Positions 1 through 12,011 of a stretch of DNA of 64,000 nt are shown here, piece after piece. The stretch covers positions 1,984,001-2,048,000 of the forward strand of contig OZ245002.1 in the NCBI GenBank assembly GCA_965223415.1, in the 5' to 3' direction. Origin of the DNA: Myxococcota bacterium (GTDB lineage: Bacteria > Myxococcota_A > UBA9160 > UBA6930). A model generated the notes under the pieces. The model was not told where the DNA came from, did not search any database, and saw nothing but the letters and a program-made list of their open reading frames with translations. A program made the translations under genes and the position numbers. Every line of letters begins with the position of its first letter. Within the stretch, counting starts at the first letter, position 1.

Positions 1-148
1 AGCCCATGCCGTCCTCGAAGACGGCCTCGTCGACCTCGGCGATCGGGAAGGAGCAATGCTGCCAGGTGCCGGGCCAGTCGGTGAATCGGAGGTCTACCAT
101 GACCGCGTTGTTCTCTTTGCCCAGTTCGAGGGCCTGCTTGGCGTCCAT
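1..148 (-). CDS. glnA: Glutamine synthetase type I, N-terminal part (runs off the window)
   Basis: Manual translation MDAKQALELGKENNAVMVDLRFTDWPGTWQHCSFP...VFEDGMG matches the GSI N-terminus; lies directly downstream of glnB. Not in the ORF track. Confidence 0.93.
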   Translation of the reverse strand, partial: MDAKQALELGKENNAVMVDLRFTDWPGTWQHCSFPIAEVDEAVFEDGMG

Positions 149-238
149 GAGTGCGTTCGTTCCTCTGGTTGGTGGAGGTGGGGGTGAAGGTCTGCGGGTC
201 CGCCTCCGTCGGTTGGACCGCAGCGCGGCGGGGCGGCT

Positions 239-1191
<953 letters not shown>

Positions 1192-1224
1192 CCCGCGCAG
1201 GAGGCGCCGTGCGCCTCGACGCGA

Positions 1225-1256
1225 AACGCCCGAGGCGGCAGGCCGCCCCGGGCGTT
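1225..1256 (-). terminator. Hairpin terminator between the convergent porin and HTH genes
   Basis: AACGCCCG-A-GGCGGC / GCCGCC-C-CGGGCGTT stem; ends in a short T run on the minus strand. Confidence 0.55.
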
Positions 1257-1358
1257 CGTGTTACAGGACGCTTGGACTAAGAGCCGATCTCACCAATGTG
1301 AAACGCGTACCGGCCTTCCTCGGTGACACGGGCACGCTGGACGTTTCTGAGACGGGCT

Positions 1359-2684
1359 CTAGAAGGTGTAGATCACCTCGACGCCCGCGGTCACCTGGTC
1401 TTCCTCGGAGAACTCGGCCAGGCCGACGCCGAAGCTGTCGTCGTCGACGAACAGGTCCCCACCGTCGCTGATGTCGTCGTAGCGGACCTCGCCGCGCACC
1501 ATCAGGCTCTCGGTGAGCTTGTAGTCCACGGTTCCGGTGAGGCCCCAGACGCTGAGGTCGCTGCCGCCGCCAAAGAAGTCGTCGATGTCGACGTACTCAG
1601 CGCGGACCGCGATGCCGGTCCGCTCGCTGATCGCGTAACGGCTGGCCCAGGCGATCCCGAAGCCGTCGATGTCGGCTCCGCGGGAGTTCTCGGTGTCGAT
1701 GTAGTCGGCGTTGATGTAGGTCGTGAAGTTCTCGGACGGGCTGAAGGAGAGGATCACGTCGAGGATCGTCTCCTTGTCGCCGGCCGGGGCGTCGAAGCCG
1801 AGGCCGCTGTCCGAGCTGCCGTGGGCGCCGTTGAAGGACCAGGAGAACTGGTCCGCGCCACCACCGATCGACCACAGGACGGCCTTGTCGGTATTGCGGT
1901 CGATGTCGTTGGCCGGGAAGGAGCGCGTCTCGTTGACGAAGCCCAGAGAGACGTCGAGGCCGCCCACGCCGGCGGAGGCCAGCACGCCGGTGTGCGTGAT
2001 CGGCTGGAACAGGTTGTAGACGTGGCCGCGCGTGATGTTGAAGTTGTCCGGCGATTGCACCACCTCGGCGCCGATCACCGTGGCGAACTTGCCGAACTTC
2101 ATCTCCACCCCCTCGCCGATCGGCGCGAGGTACTGGATGTAGGCCTGGTACAGCTCGAAATCGTTGCCGCTGAAGCCGTCGCCTGCGCCGAAATCGCCGG
2201 AGAGGAGCCCCGCGTCCTTGCCGTAGGCCAGGTCGACGCGGAAGCCGGCGCGGTTCTCCTCGCTGACGCCGCGCTCCATCCAGATCCAGAACTGGTCCAG
2301 GGAGAAGCTGTTGGCGTCGGGATGGAACGGGTAGGCGAAGCCGCCGGTGTTCGAGCCCGCCAGGGCACGCCCGTCCGGATCGTTGAAGTTGTAGAAGTAG
2401 CTCCCCGAGAGCCAGCCGCCGATCTCGAGAGTGTCGAGGAACTGGGACAGGCCGTTCGAGGCCTGCTGGTCCATCTCCACCTGCTCGATCACGTGCTGCT
2501 GCGCCGAGAGGCGCTCGTTCGCGACAGCCAGCTGATCGGTGGTCGCTTGGAGGCGATCCTCCATCTGGCTCATCCGCTCCTGCATGGCGCGCATCTGCTG
2601 CGCCACGTCCTCGTCCGCTGCGGTCGCGCTCCACGGAACGCACATCGACAGGACGATCAAGCCCGCCAGCCATCGACGCTTCAT
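1359..2684 (-). CDS. Outer-membrane beta-barrel porin with N-terminal coiled coil
   Basis: Signal peptide MKRRWLAGLIV..., coiled-coil segment, beta-strand motifs (ELYQAYIQY, FGKFATVIGAE, RGEVRYD), C-terminal Phe; AGGAGG RBS. Confidence 0.85.
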   Translation of the reverse strand: MKRRWLAGLIVLSMCVPWSATAADEDVAQQMRAMQERMSQMEDRLQATTDQLAVANERLSAQQHVIEQVEMDQQASNGLSQFLDTLEIGGWLSGSYFYNFNDPDGRALAGSNTGGFAYPFHPDANSFSLDQFWIWMERGVSEENRAGFRVDLAYGKDAGLLSGDFGAGDGFSGNDFELYQAYIQYLAPIGEGVEMKFGKFATVIGAEVVQSPDNFNITRGHVYNLFQPITHTGVLASAGVGGLDVSLGFVNETRSFPANDIDRNTDKAVLWSIGGGADQFSWSFNGAHGSSDSGLGFDAPAGDKETILDVILSFSPSENFTTYINADYIDTENSRGADIDGFGIAWASRYAISERTGIAVRAEYVDIDDFFGGGSDLSVWGLTGTVDYKLTESLMVRGEVRYDDISDGGDLFVDDDSFGVGLAEFSEEDQVTAGVEVIYTF

Positions 2685-2735
2685 CTTCCCAATCCCTCCT
2701 GGTGGTGATGCCCCATGCACTGCCCGACGCGAGAA

Positions 2736-2751
2736 TGCAACCCGCGTACCG
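2736..2751 (-). promoter_or_regulatory. Sigma54 promoter for the porin
   Basis: Minus strand CGGTAC-GCGGG-TTGCA. Confidence 0.7.
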
Positions 2752-2855
2752 TCGCCGACCGGCCTTCGCGGCCCACGCTCCGTGCGCGTGCAGGCACAGC
2801 TGAGCGGGAAACGGAACCTCTCTCCTCGGATCGATCGGGCGGGGCTAGGGGGGTG

Positions 2856-2893
2856 TGCCCCGATGGGAGGCGTGCGTGCTTGGGAATAGGGCA
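2856..2893. promoter_or_regulatory. Possible tandem NtrC-like enhancer for the porin promoter
   Basis: TGCCCCGATGGGAGGCG (2856-2872) and TGCTTGGGAATAGGGCA (2877-2893), 17-bp sites 21 bp apart. Confidence 0.45.
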
Positions 2894-2946
2894 CGGGCAC
2901 ACCGGTGGCAACCGGGAAAGACCCTCACCGGAACGAGGCCGCCCGC

Positions 2947-3642
2947 TCAGTCGGAGGGCCAGAGATCGTGCGCGTCGAGCCAAGCCCAGGTACGCGAACA
3001 CGTTCCCATGGCGTCCGGTGTGGCACGCAGCACGCGGAGATCGTCCGCCGTGTCGATGTCGAAGCCCTCGGGGAGCAGCTCGGCGCGCAGCCCGAGACTC
3101 GCCGCCTGCGCCAGGGTGTCGCGAAGGACGGAGCCCGTGCTCATGGGGTGGTCGAACAGGCCGGGGGCCGGCCGGCGCAGGCCCACCAGGTTGTAGCCTC
3201 CGTCGCGGTCCGGGCAGAGCACGAGTTCGGCGCGGGCGAGGGCCGCAAGGGCGCCGGCCAGGGTGGCGCCGTCCAGGGCTGGACTGTCGCTGCCCCGCAC
3301 GAGGATTGGGCCGAAGCCCTCTGCCGCCGCCGCGGCGATGGCGTGCTCCATGCGTTCGGAGAGGTCGGCGCCCTGCTGGCCGACCACCGAGCAGCCCGGC
3401 GGCACCGGCACGCCTGGTGCGCCGACGGCACCTTCCGGGTGGATCGCGAGGCGCAGCGCCAGCCCCAGGGGCGGTGCCGCCCGCGCCATCGCCTCGAGCA
3501 CGTCCTCGAGCAGACACGCGTAGAACCCGGCGGCCTGCTCGGCCGTGAAGGGCGGACACAGCCTCGTCTTCACGGCGCCGGGCGCGGGACGCTTGGCGAA
3601 GACGATCAGCAGCGGGCCCCGGCCGGGCTCGCCGCGGCTCAC
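2947..3642 (-). CDS. DUF2064/CofC-like GT-A fold transferase
   Basis: LIVFAKRPAPGAVKTRL, QQGADLSERM, GSDSP, PDRDGGYNLVG, FDIDTADDL; GTGA overlap with the upstream gene. Confidence 0.85.
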   Translation of the reverse strand: MSRGEPGRGPLLIVFAKRPAPGAVKTRLCPPFTAEQAAGFYACLLEDVLEAMARAAPPLGLALRLAIHPEGAVGAPGVPVPPGCSVVGQQGADLSERMEHAIAAAAAEGFGPILVRGSDSPALDGATLAGALAALARAELVLCPDRDGGYNLVGLRRPAPGLFDHPMSTGSVLRDTLAQAASLGLRAELLPEGFDIDTADDLRVLRATPDAMGTCSRTWAWLDAHDLWPSD

Positions 3643-4598
3643 GGCGCGAAGGGCAGGGGGGCGACCTCGGCCTCGGCTTCGCCGCCATCCACCCGCAGCC
3701 GCGCGCCGGGCGTGGCCAGCTCCGCCTTCACGTAGCCGATGCCGATCGGCCCGAGGGCGGGCGAGTCGAGCGCGCTCGTCACCTCGCCCGCCCGGCGGCC
3801 CTCGTGGGCCAGCTCGGTGCCCGGTGCCGGCGGCGTGCCGGGGAAGCGCAGGCCGACGAGCAGATGGTTCGCGCGGCCGCGGCTGCGCATCCGCGCCACG
3901 ACCTCCTGGCCGGTGTAGCAGCCCTTCGTCTCGGAGACGGCGGCGTCCAGGCGCGCCTCGGCGGGCAGCACGGACTCGTCGAGCTCCCGGCCCATGAGCG
4001 GCTCTCCCATCTCGACCCGTAGGCACTCGGCGGCGTCGGGCTCGCCGTCCACCAGGCCGTGGCCCGCACCTGCCTCGCGCAGCGCCCGGGCGACCGCCTC
4101 GCCGTGGCCGGCCGGGACGAAGAGCTGGAGGCCGGGCAGCCCGGTCAGGCTGAAGGCCGCGACGCGGACCTCCTGGCCCGCGAGCTCGGCGTGGCAGCTC
4201 CCGCCGGCCTCCGGCACCGGGAGGATCGGCGGCAGCCGGCCGCCTTCGACGGACCAGCGCTCGAAGTCGTCGCTGCGATCCGCGAGGGTGACGTCGTCAG
4301 CGATGACGAAGCCCTCGAGGCGCTCGATCACGGGCCCGGCGGCGGCGCGCGGAAGCTCGAGCCAGAAGGCGTCGTCCGTGCACAGGACGTTCAGGTCCGC
4401 GGTGATGCGGCCCTGGCGGGTGAGCAGCAGCGCGCGGCAGCCGTCGCCCTGCGCGAGCGTCGTGACGTCGTTGGTCAGCATGCCGTCGAGCCAACGCACG
4501 CGCTCGCTCCCGCCCACCTCGATGACGCCGCGGTCGGGGCGCGGGAACAGGCCCGCACCGCTGCGGATCGCCGCCACCCGCTCGGCGAGGCCCGTCAC
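3639..4598 (-). CDS. ygfZ: YgfZ/GcvT-family folate-binding protein
   Basis: KGCYTGQE motif, RWLDGMLTNDV; GTGA overlap. Confidence 0.88.
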   Translation of the reverse strand: MTGLAERVAAIRSGAGLFPRPDRGVIEVGGSERVRWLDGMLTNDVTTLAQGDGCRALLLTRQGRITADLNVLCTDDAFWLELPRAAAGPVIERLEGFVIADDVTLADRSDDFERWSVEGGRLPPILPVPEAGGSCHAELAGQEVRVAAFSLTGLPGLQLFVPAGHGEAVARALREAGAGHGLVDGEPDAAECLRVEMGEPLMGRELDESVLPAEARLDAAVSETKGCYTGQEVVARMRSRGRANHLLVGLRFPGTPPAPGTELAHEGRRAGEVTSALDSPALGPIGIGYVKAELATPGARLRVDGGEAEAEVAPLPFAP

Positions 4599-5617
4599 GA
4601 AGCGTGCTCCGGCAGCCGCGCCACCGTCAGGTCCGCACGCGGCTCCGGCAGCGCGGGAGGTCCGTAGCGAGCGCGCACCGCCTCCTCCTGGCGCGCGTGC
4701 CAGTCGTCCCAGCGCTCTTGCATGACATCGAAATCGCGCTCGTTGTCCACGTCGACAGCGCAACCGCCACCCTCGGTGATGACGAAGCGGAAGCGGGTCG
4801 CCAGTAGCGCGCCCACCGCCCGCTCGACCCGCTCCAGGGCGATCCAGCTGCGCAGCCGATCCGCGAGCCAGCGCCAGCGGTGACGGTCGAACACGCCGGC
4901 CAGGTGCATCAGGCCGTAGTAGCCGAGTACGCGCAGGCCGCCGCCTTCGTCCCAGAAGATCCGCCACGCCAGCGCCAGCGCGTTGCCGAGTTGCTTCTGG
5001 TAGCGGTGCTCGTACATCTCCTCGATGTAGTTGCGTTTGCCGAGCTTCGGCGGCCGCACCAGGTGCAGGTTGCTCTGGCGCACGCGCCCCTCCCGCAGGT
5101 TGAAGTACGCCATCTCGATGCCCGGCGCGTCGGCGGTCGGGTAGAAGGGCGCCATGCTCTCCTCGGTCACGAGCCCGAGGGAGTAGTCGACGTCCTGGGC
5201 GATGGACTGCTGGATGAACGCGGAGATCTCCTGGGAGCTCGCCATCGGGATGTCCGAGGAGAGGAAGAGGACGAGCTGCTCCGCCTCCTCCGGCGTCGGA
5301 TCCCGGCCGGCGGGCCCGGCCCCGGGCAGGAGCCGCCGGTACGTCTCCCAGACGTTCTCGAGCAGGTTGCGGAACTGCGGCACCACCGCGAGCGGCTTCA
5401 CGAGCTGCCCCTCGAGCTCGCGCCGGAAGATCTCCTCCAGCCGCTCCGCATTCCCGACGACCCAGACCTCGCTCACCTCGGGCACCCGCTGCAGCACCGC
5501 CACCGCATGGGAAACGAGGCTCATCCCCCCCAGCTCGAGGTACGCCTTGTTGCCCCCGTAGACCGCCTTGGCGGCCCGGCCGTCCCCAGCCGCAACGATG
5601 GCAGGCACTTGTTCCAT
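4595..5617 (-). CDS. MobA-like nucleotidyltransferase family protein
   Basis: AIVAAG...NKAYLELGG N-terminus, LSSDIP, AVDVDNERD. Confidence 0.75.
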   Translation of the reverse strand: MEQVPAIVAAGDGRAAKAVYGGNKAYLELGGMSLVSHAVAVLQRVPEVSEVWVVGNAERLEEIFRRELEGQLVKPLAVVPQFRNLLENVWETYRRLLPGAGPAGRDPTPEEAEQLVLFLSSDIPMASSQEISAFIQQSIAQDVDYSLGLVTEESMAPFYPTADAPGIEMAYFNLREGRVRQSNLHLVRPPKLGKRNYIEEMYEHRYQKQLGNALALAWRIFWDEGGGLRVLGYYGLMHLAGVFDRHRWRWLADRLRSWIALERVERAVGALLATRFRFVITEGGGCAVDVDNERDFDVMQERWDDWHARQEEAVRARYGPPALPEPRADLTVARLPEHAS

Positions 5618-5630
5618 AGAACGAACCAGC

Positions 5631-5675
5631 GTACCCCGCCCCGAAGTACCCGGCCTCGAAGTACCCCGCCCCGAG
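5631..5675. repeat. 3 x 15-bp tandem repeat
   Basis: gtaccccgccccgaa / gtacccggcctcgaa / gtaccccgccccgag. Confidence 0.8.
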
Positions 5676-5679
5676 GGAA

Positions 5680-5790
5680 GGCTGCGAGCGGCCGAAGGCC
5701 GCAAGCGAAGCCCGAGGCAAGCGCCCTAGGCGCGCGCAGCGAGGCCCCGTGAGCCTTCGGCCCAGGGGAGCCGAGCGAAGCTCGCACGAA
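5680..5790. repeat. REP-like GC-rich palindromic element downstream of the tRNA
   Basis: Several small hairpins; shares CTCGCTGCGCGCGCC-N4-GCGCTTGC (reverse strand) with 47912-47938. Confidence 0.55.
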
Positions 5791-5791
5791 A

Positions 5792-5867
5792 TGGTGGAGC
5801 CGAGCGGGATCGAACCGCCAACCTCCGCGTTGCGAACGCGGCGCTCTCCCAATTGAGCTACGGCCCC
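5792..5867 (-). tRNA. tRNA-Ala(CGC)
   Basis: GGGGCCGTAGCTCAATTGGGAGAGCGCCGCGTT-CGC-AACGCGGAGGTTGGCGGTTCGATCCCGCTCGGCTCCACCA, 76 nt, CCA encoded, G3:U70 pair. Confidence 0.97.
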
Positions 5868-5941
5868 GTCAGGAAAGGAGAAACGGTAGGCGTCGCGTTG
5901 GAGGCTTGCAACGGCGGCCCGGGCTCCCCACGCTAAGGGGC

Positions 5942-6388
5942 ATGGCCGTGGAGATCCGGCGAATCCTCGTCCCGATCGACTTCTCCGAGCATGCCGAGCC
6001 CGTCCTGGAGTGGGCCGCGCACCTGGCGGAGGAGCACGGCAGCGAGGTGATCCTCCTCCACGCCTACCACCTGCCGGTCGAGTTCCAGCAGCTCGAGGGC
6101 GCCTACCTCCCCCAGGACTTCTGGGACACGGTCAAGGACGAGGGACGCCAGGGCCTGGCCGACCACGAAGAGGCCCTGCGCACCCGCGGCCTGCAGGTGC
6201 GCTCGGTCGTCCGAGAGGGCTATCCCGCCACCGTGATCGAGGAGGAGGCCGCCGCCGAGCAGGTGGACCTGATCGTGCTGGGCACCCACGGCCTCTCCGG
6301 CCTCAAGCACCTGCTCCTCGGCAGTATCGCCGAGCGCGTCGTCCAGAAAGCCCCCTGCCCCGTCCTCACCGTCAAGCTCCCCGACTGA
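5942..6388 (+). CDS. Universal stress protein
   Basis: RRILVPIDFSE...DLIVLGTHGLSGLKHLLLGSIAERVVQKAPCPVLTV. Confidence 0.95.
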   Translation: MAVEIRRILVPIDFSEHAEPVLEWAAHLAEEHGSEVILLHAYHLPVEFQQLEGAYLPQDFWDTVKDEGRQGLADHEEALRTRGLQVRSVVREGYPATVIEEEAAAEQVDLIVLGTHGLSGLKHLLLGSIAERVVQKAPCPVLTVKLPD

Positions 6389-6389
6389 C

Positions 6390-6458
6390 GTGAGACAAAG
6401 GGACGTTCCTGACTGTCTCACGCTTCGTGAGACAGTCAGGAACGTCCCTTTGTCTCAC
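6390..6458. repeat. Perfect 33-bp inverted repeat with nested hairpins
   Basis: GTGAGACAAAGGGACGTTCCTGACTGTCTCACG-ctt-exact reverse complement. Confidence 0.95.
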
Positions 6459-8061
6459 TCTTCTCGCCGAGCTTGCCGGCGGGGTGGCGGGCGTGGTAGG
6501 CGGCGCGGGTGAAGCCGCGCTCCTCTTCGAGGGCGGCGGAGAGGGCGGCAAGGACGAGGAGCTCGGCGGCGACGCTGGCGCGGGGGGCCAGGCCGAGGCC
6601 GCCGCCTTCGCGCGCGACGCCGGCCTCGAGCACCACCTCGGCCTCCGCAGCGAGGGGGGACGACGCATCGCCGGTGACGGCGATGATCCTCGCCCCGAGG
6701 CCCCGCGCCGCCCGGGCCGTCGCCGTGAGTTCGGTGGCGCCGCTGTTGCTGATGGCGATCACTACGTCGCCCGCCACGATCTGGCCGGCGCTGCCGTGCA
6801 CCGCCTCGGTGCCGTGCAGGAACGTCGCAGGGGTTCCCGTCGAGCTGAGCAGGGAGGCCGCGTAGTGGGCCACGTGCTCGGGCTTGCCGATGCCGGTGAC
6901 GTGCACGCGGCCACCGGCCGCTTCGCAGGCGCGGATGCAGGCCACCGCTGCGTCAAAGGCGCTCCGGTCGATGCGCTCGCGAAGCGCAGCGAGCTCCTCG
7001 ACGGCCACGTCGAAAGCGCGTAGGGCGCGCTCGGCGGACGGGGTGGCCGCGCGGGTCACGGCCTCGGGCAGCGCCAGCTCCACCGGCGCGCCGTCGTAGA
7101 GCTCGCGCACCCGCGCGAGGGCGGCGGCCGGATCGTCGGGAAAGGCGCCGAGCTTCTCGACGCAGGCTGCGCCGCAGGCGCAGCCGAGCCGCGCCGCATC
7201 CTCCCAGCCCAGCCCCTGGGCCAGCGCCACCAGCAGCCCGCCCAGGAAGGCGTCGCCGGCTCCGGTGGTGTCGACCACCTCCTTCGCCGGGCGTGCCGGC
7301 ACACGCAGCGCGGTGCCCTCGGCCGCGAGTGCGCAGCCCGCCGCGCCGTCGGTCACCACCACGGCGCCGCTCCCGTAGCGCTCGCGCAGGGCCTGGGCCA
7401 CGGCCAGGGCATCGCCGGCGGCCTCGGGCACGAGCTCCGCCGCGGCGGCCTTGGCCGGCTTCAGCACGTCGGCCGCCTGTAGCAGCGCCTCGAGAGTCTC
7501 GGCGTCGCCGAGGCCCGGCACGGCGTCGGAGGGTGGCACGTCCAGGTCCAGCAGCGTCGGCACGCCGGCCTCCCGCGCGATCGTCAGCACGGCGAGGGCG
7601 GTCTCGAGGGGCAGCTGCGACACCTCGGTGGTCACCCGCGCGGCGCCGCCGATGAACGCCGCGTGGTGCTCGCGCACGAAGGCCGGCGTCGTCTCGGAGG
7701 TGGCGCCCGGGGCCATGTAGATGGCGCGCTCGCCTTCGTCGTCGACGAAGATGTCGGCTAAGGTGCTGGCCGAGCCGTCGAGCACGATGCGCCGCTCGAT
7801 GCCGAGGCGGTCCATCGCTGCGCGGAGGTAGCGCCCGCCGGCGTCGTCCGCCTGCCGTCCGAAGATGCCGGTCGGCAGTCCGAGAGCCGCGGCCCAGCCG
7901 AGATGGTTCAGCACCACGCCGCCGACCCTCTGCTCCTCCGTCACGCCCTCCCGGGCGTGGATCATGCCCTTCTCCTCGCCTCCGAGGATGCGCCGCACGC
8001 GGCGGATGCGATCCACCGCCATCGAACCGATGCCGATGGTGCGGCCGTGGCGGTCGCTCAC
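6436..8061 (-). CDS. PfkB-family sugar kinase fused to a KdsD/GutQ-like SIS sugar-phosphate isomerase
   Basis: N-terminal GGVVLN...DTTGAGDAFLGG (PfkB); C-terminal RVHVTGIGK...SSTGTPATFLHGTEAVHG...AISNSG...HPAGKLG (SIS); GTGA overlap with the aldolase. Confidence 0.88.
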   Translation of the reverse strand: MSDRHGRTIGIGSMAVDRIRRVRRILGGEEKGMIHAREGVTEEQRVGGVVLNHLGWAAALGLPTGIFGRQADDAGGRYLRAAMDRLGIERRIVLDGSASTLADIFVDDEGERAIYMAPGATSETTPAFVREHHAAFIGGAARVTTEVSQLPLETALAVLTIAREAGVPTLLDLDVPPSDAVPGLGDAETLEALLQAADVLKPAKAAAAELVPEAAGDALAVAQALRERYGSGAVVVTDGAAGCALAAEGTALRVPARPAKEVVDTTGAGDAFLGGLLVALAQGLGWEDAARLGCACGAACVEKLGAFPDDPAAALARVRELYDGAPVELALPEAVTRAATPSAERALRAFDVAVEELAALRERIDRSAFDAAVACIRACEAAGGRVHVTGIGKPEHVAHYAASLLSSTGTPATFLHGTEAVHGSAGQIVAGDVVIAISNSGATELTATARAARGLGARIIAVTGDASSPLAAEAEVVLEAGVAREGGGLGLAPRASVAAELLVLAALSAALEEERGFTRAAYHARHPAGKLGEKSETKGRS

Positions 8062-9146
8062 TCGTGGGCTCCCAGGTCCGGCGTCACCCAGGTGGGCACG
8101 AGCAGCTCGGCAGCGAGGCCGCGCACCTCCTCGAACATGGCGTCGAAGCGCTCGGCATCCGGGCGGGCGAGGGCCGGTGTGCCCTCGGCCACGGCGTCGC
8201 TCGAGATCACGCCCCGCGCGAGCAGCGCGCGCTTCAGGCACGCGATCGTCCGCTTGCCGCCGGCCGCGCGGGTGCCGACCCGGAACGCCTCGACCACCCG
8301 CTGCACCCGGTCCATCCGTTCCGCGTCGCCGGCGCGGCACAGCTGCCAGGCCCGCGCCCACTCCCGCGGCATCGCGTTCGCCGGGCCCGCCACCACGCCG
8401 ATCGGAAGACCGCCGCGCATCCGGTAGCGCTGCCAGTGCTCGGAGAGCGACCCGAGCCAGCCGCTCCGCGGCCGGAAGATCTCGAAGATCAGCATGGCGT
8501 TGCCCACGTAGATGCCGAACTCGCCGCGCTCGCGGAAGCCGGCGGCCGCCTTGGTGTAGTTGCCGAGCACCTTCTTCGACGCGCTCACCTTGATGCCGCG
8601 CACGAAGTCGAGGCGTGAGAGCGCCTTCACCTGGCGCGTGCGGATGTGCGGGATCGCCGGGTCCGCGGCGATGTCGGCGTTGTCGTACAGGTACACCGGA
8701 ATGCGTCGGGTGCGCGAATCGAGCAGGTCCGCGACGTCCCGCGCGACGAAGCGCACTGGATCGCCCAGGCCGCGGATCGAGAGCGGCGCCAGCACCGCCG
8801 CATCCACTCCCGCGGCGATCGCGGCGTCCAGGTTCTCGAGGGTCTCCTCGGGCGTGCGCGCGGTGACGCCGGCCCAGGCCTCTACCGGGCGCCCGAGGCC
8901 CGCGTTGGCCTTGGCCACCTCCTCGGCGCAGACCTGGATCACCCGTCGCTGGGTGGCTGCGCCGATGCGATCCCACTCGCCCGTGGTGCCCGCCGAGAAC
9001 ACCACGTCCGCCCCGTAGCCGTCCTGCACCACGAAGCGCACGACCGAGCGAAGGTCGTCCTCGATCAGCCGTCCGTCGTCACAGAGCGGCGTCACCACGG
9101 GCACCGAAAGCCCGGGTCTCGGCCGCGCGTCTTCGACCGTCCGCAT
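8058..9146 (-). CDS. DapA/NanA-family class I aldolase
   Basis: SVPVVTP, AGTTGEW, VYLYDN and RGIKVS (Schiff-base Lys) motifs. Confidence 0.85.
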   Translation of the reverse strand: MRTVEDARPRPGLSVPVVTPLCDDGRLIEDDLRSVVRFVVQDGYGADVVFSAGTTGEWDRIGAATQRRVIQVCAEEVAKANAGLGRPVEAWAGVTARTPEETLENLDAAIAAGVDAAVLAPLSIRGLGDPVRFVARDVADLLDSRTRRIPVYLYDNADIAADPAIPHIRTRQVKALSRLDFVRGIKVSASKKVLGNYTKAAAGFRERGEFGIYVGNAMLIFEIFRPRSGWLGSLSEHWQRYRMRGGLPIGVVAGPANAMPREWARAWQLCRAGDAERMDRVQRVVEAFRVGTRAAGGKRTIACLKRALLARGVISSDAVAEGTPALARPDAERFDAMFEEVRGLAAELLVPTWVTPDLGAHE

Positions 9147-9276
9147 GCCGGAACAGTAGCGAGAACGGAAATCGGAAAGAACTTCCCCGTCTCTTCCGAT
9201 TCTCCGTCCCGATCCCGGGCACCCCCCGGAAGACGGCTCGCCAGGGGCGCGCAGCGAGCCGCAGGCGAGCGAAGGG

Positions 9277-9882
9277 TCAGACGGACTCGAAGAAGGTTCC
9301 TACGGGCACACCCAGGGCGGTGGCGACCTTGTAGAGGGTCATCACCGAGGCGGCGCTCTTGCCGAGCTCGATCTGGGAGATGAGGCTCACCGAGAGGCCG
9401 GTGCGGTTCGCCACCTGCTTCAGGGTGAGGGTCAGCTCGTGCCGGCGGCTGCGGATGCGCTCGCCGATGGCGGCATTCAGGCGCTCCTCCGGGTCGACCG
9501 CCAGCCCGTGCTCCTTCACCGCAGCGGAGAGGACGGGGCGCAGCTCGTGCACGGCGGAGGGGCGCTTCAGGTAGTCGAAGGCCCGGTGCTTCATGGTCGC
9601 CACCGCCGCCTCGACGCTCGGCTCGTCGGTCATGCAGATGACGCAGAGGTCGTCGTCCACCGAGCGGATCTGTTGGAGCAGCCCGATGCCCTCCTCACCG
9701 GGGCGGCCCAGGTCGAGGAGCACCATCTGGTAGCGCCCGTCCTTCACCTCGCGGGGCGCCCGGGCCGGCTCCTCGAGGGCGGTGGCCTCGTAGCCCTCCG
9801 CCGCCAGGAAATGGGCGAGCTGGCCGCGCAGGTGCACGTCCGGCTCCACGACGAGCACATTCAAGGGCTGGCTTCCTGCCAT
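9277..9882 (-). CDS. Response regulator with C-terminal XRE HTH domain
   Basis: Receiver motifs (VLVVE, VLLDL, AFDYLKRP) plus LTLKQVANRTGLSVSLISQIELGK. Confidence 0.9.
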   Translation of the reverse strand: MAGSQPLNVLVVEPDVHLRGQLAHFLAAEGYEATALEEPARAPREVKDGRYQMVLLDLGRPGEEGIGLLQQIRSVDDDLCVICMTDEPSVEAAVATMKHRAFDYLKRPSAVHELRPVLSAAVKEHGLAVDPEERLNAAIGERIRSRRHELTLTLKQVANRTGLSVSLISQIELGKSAASVMTLYKVATALGVPVGTFFESV

Positions 9883-9984
9883 GGTTCTTCCGACCTCCCG
9901 TCCATCGAATCCCCTACTGATTCGGCTGGAGGCGGAACGACTTGAGGGAAAACCCCGAGTCGAAGACCCTGTTTTCCCGGGTGC

Positions 9985-12011
<2,027 letters not shown>

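Noticed and set aside
5631..5675. Short tandem repeats (also 22427-22480) as a possible CRISPR array
   Set aside because: Only 2-3 units, no unique spacers of CRISPR length, and no cas genes in the window.
5792..5867. tRNA-Ala as the integration site of an island
   Set aside because: No integrase and no duplicated tRNA 3' end seen in the window.
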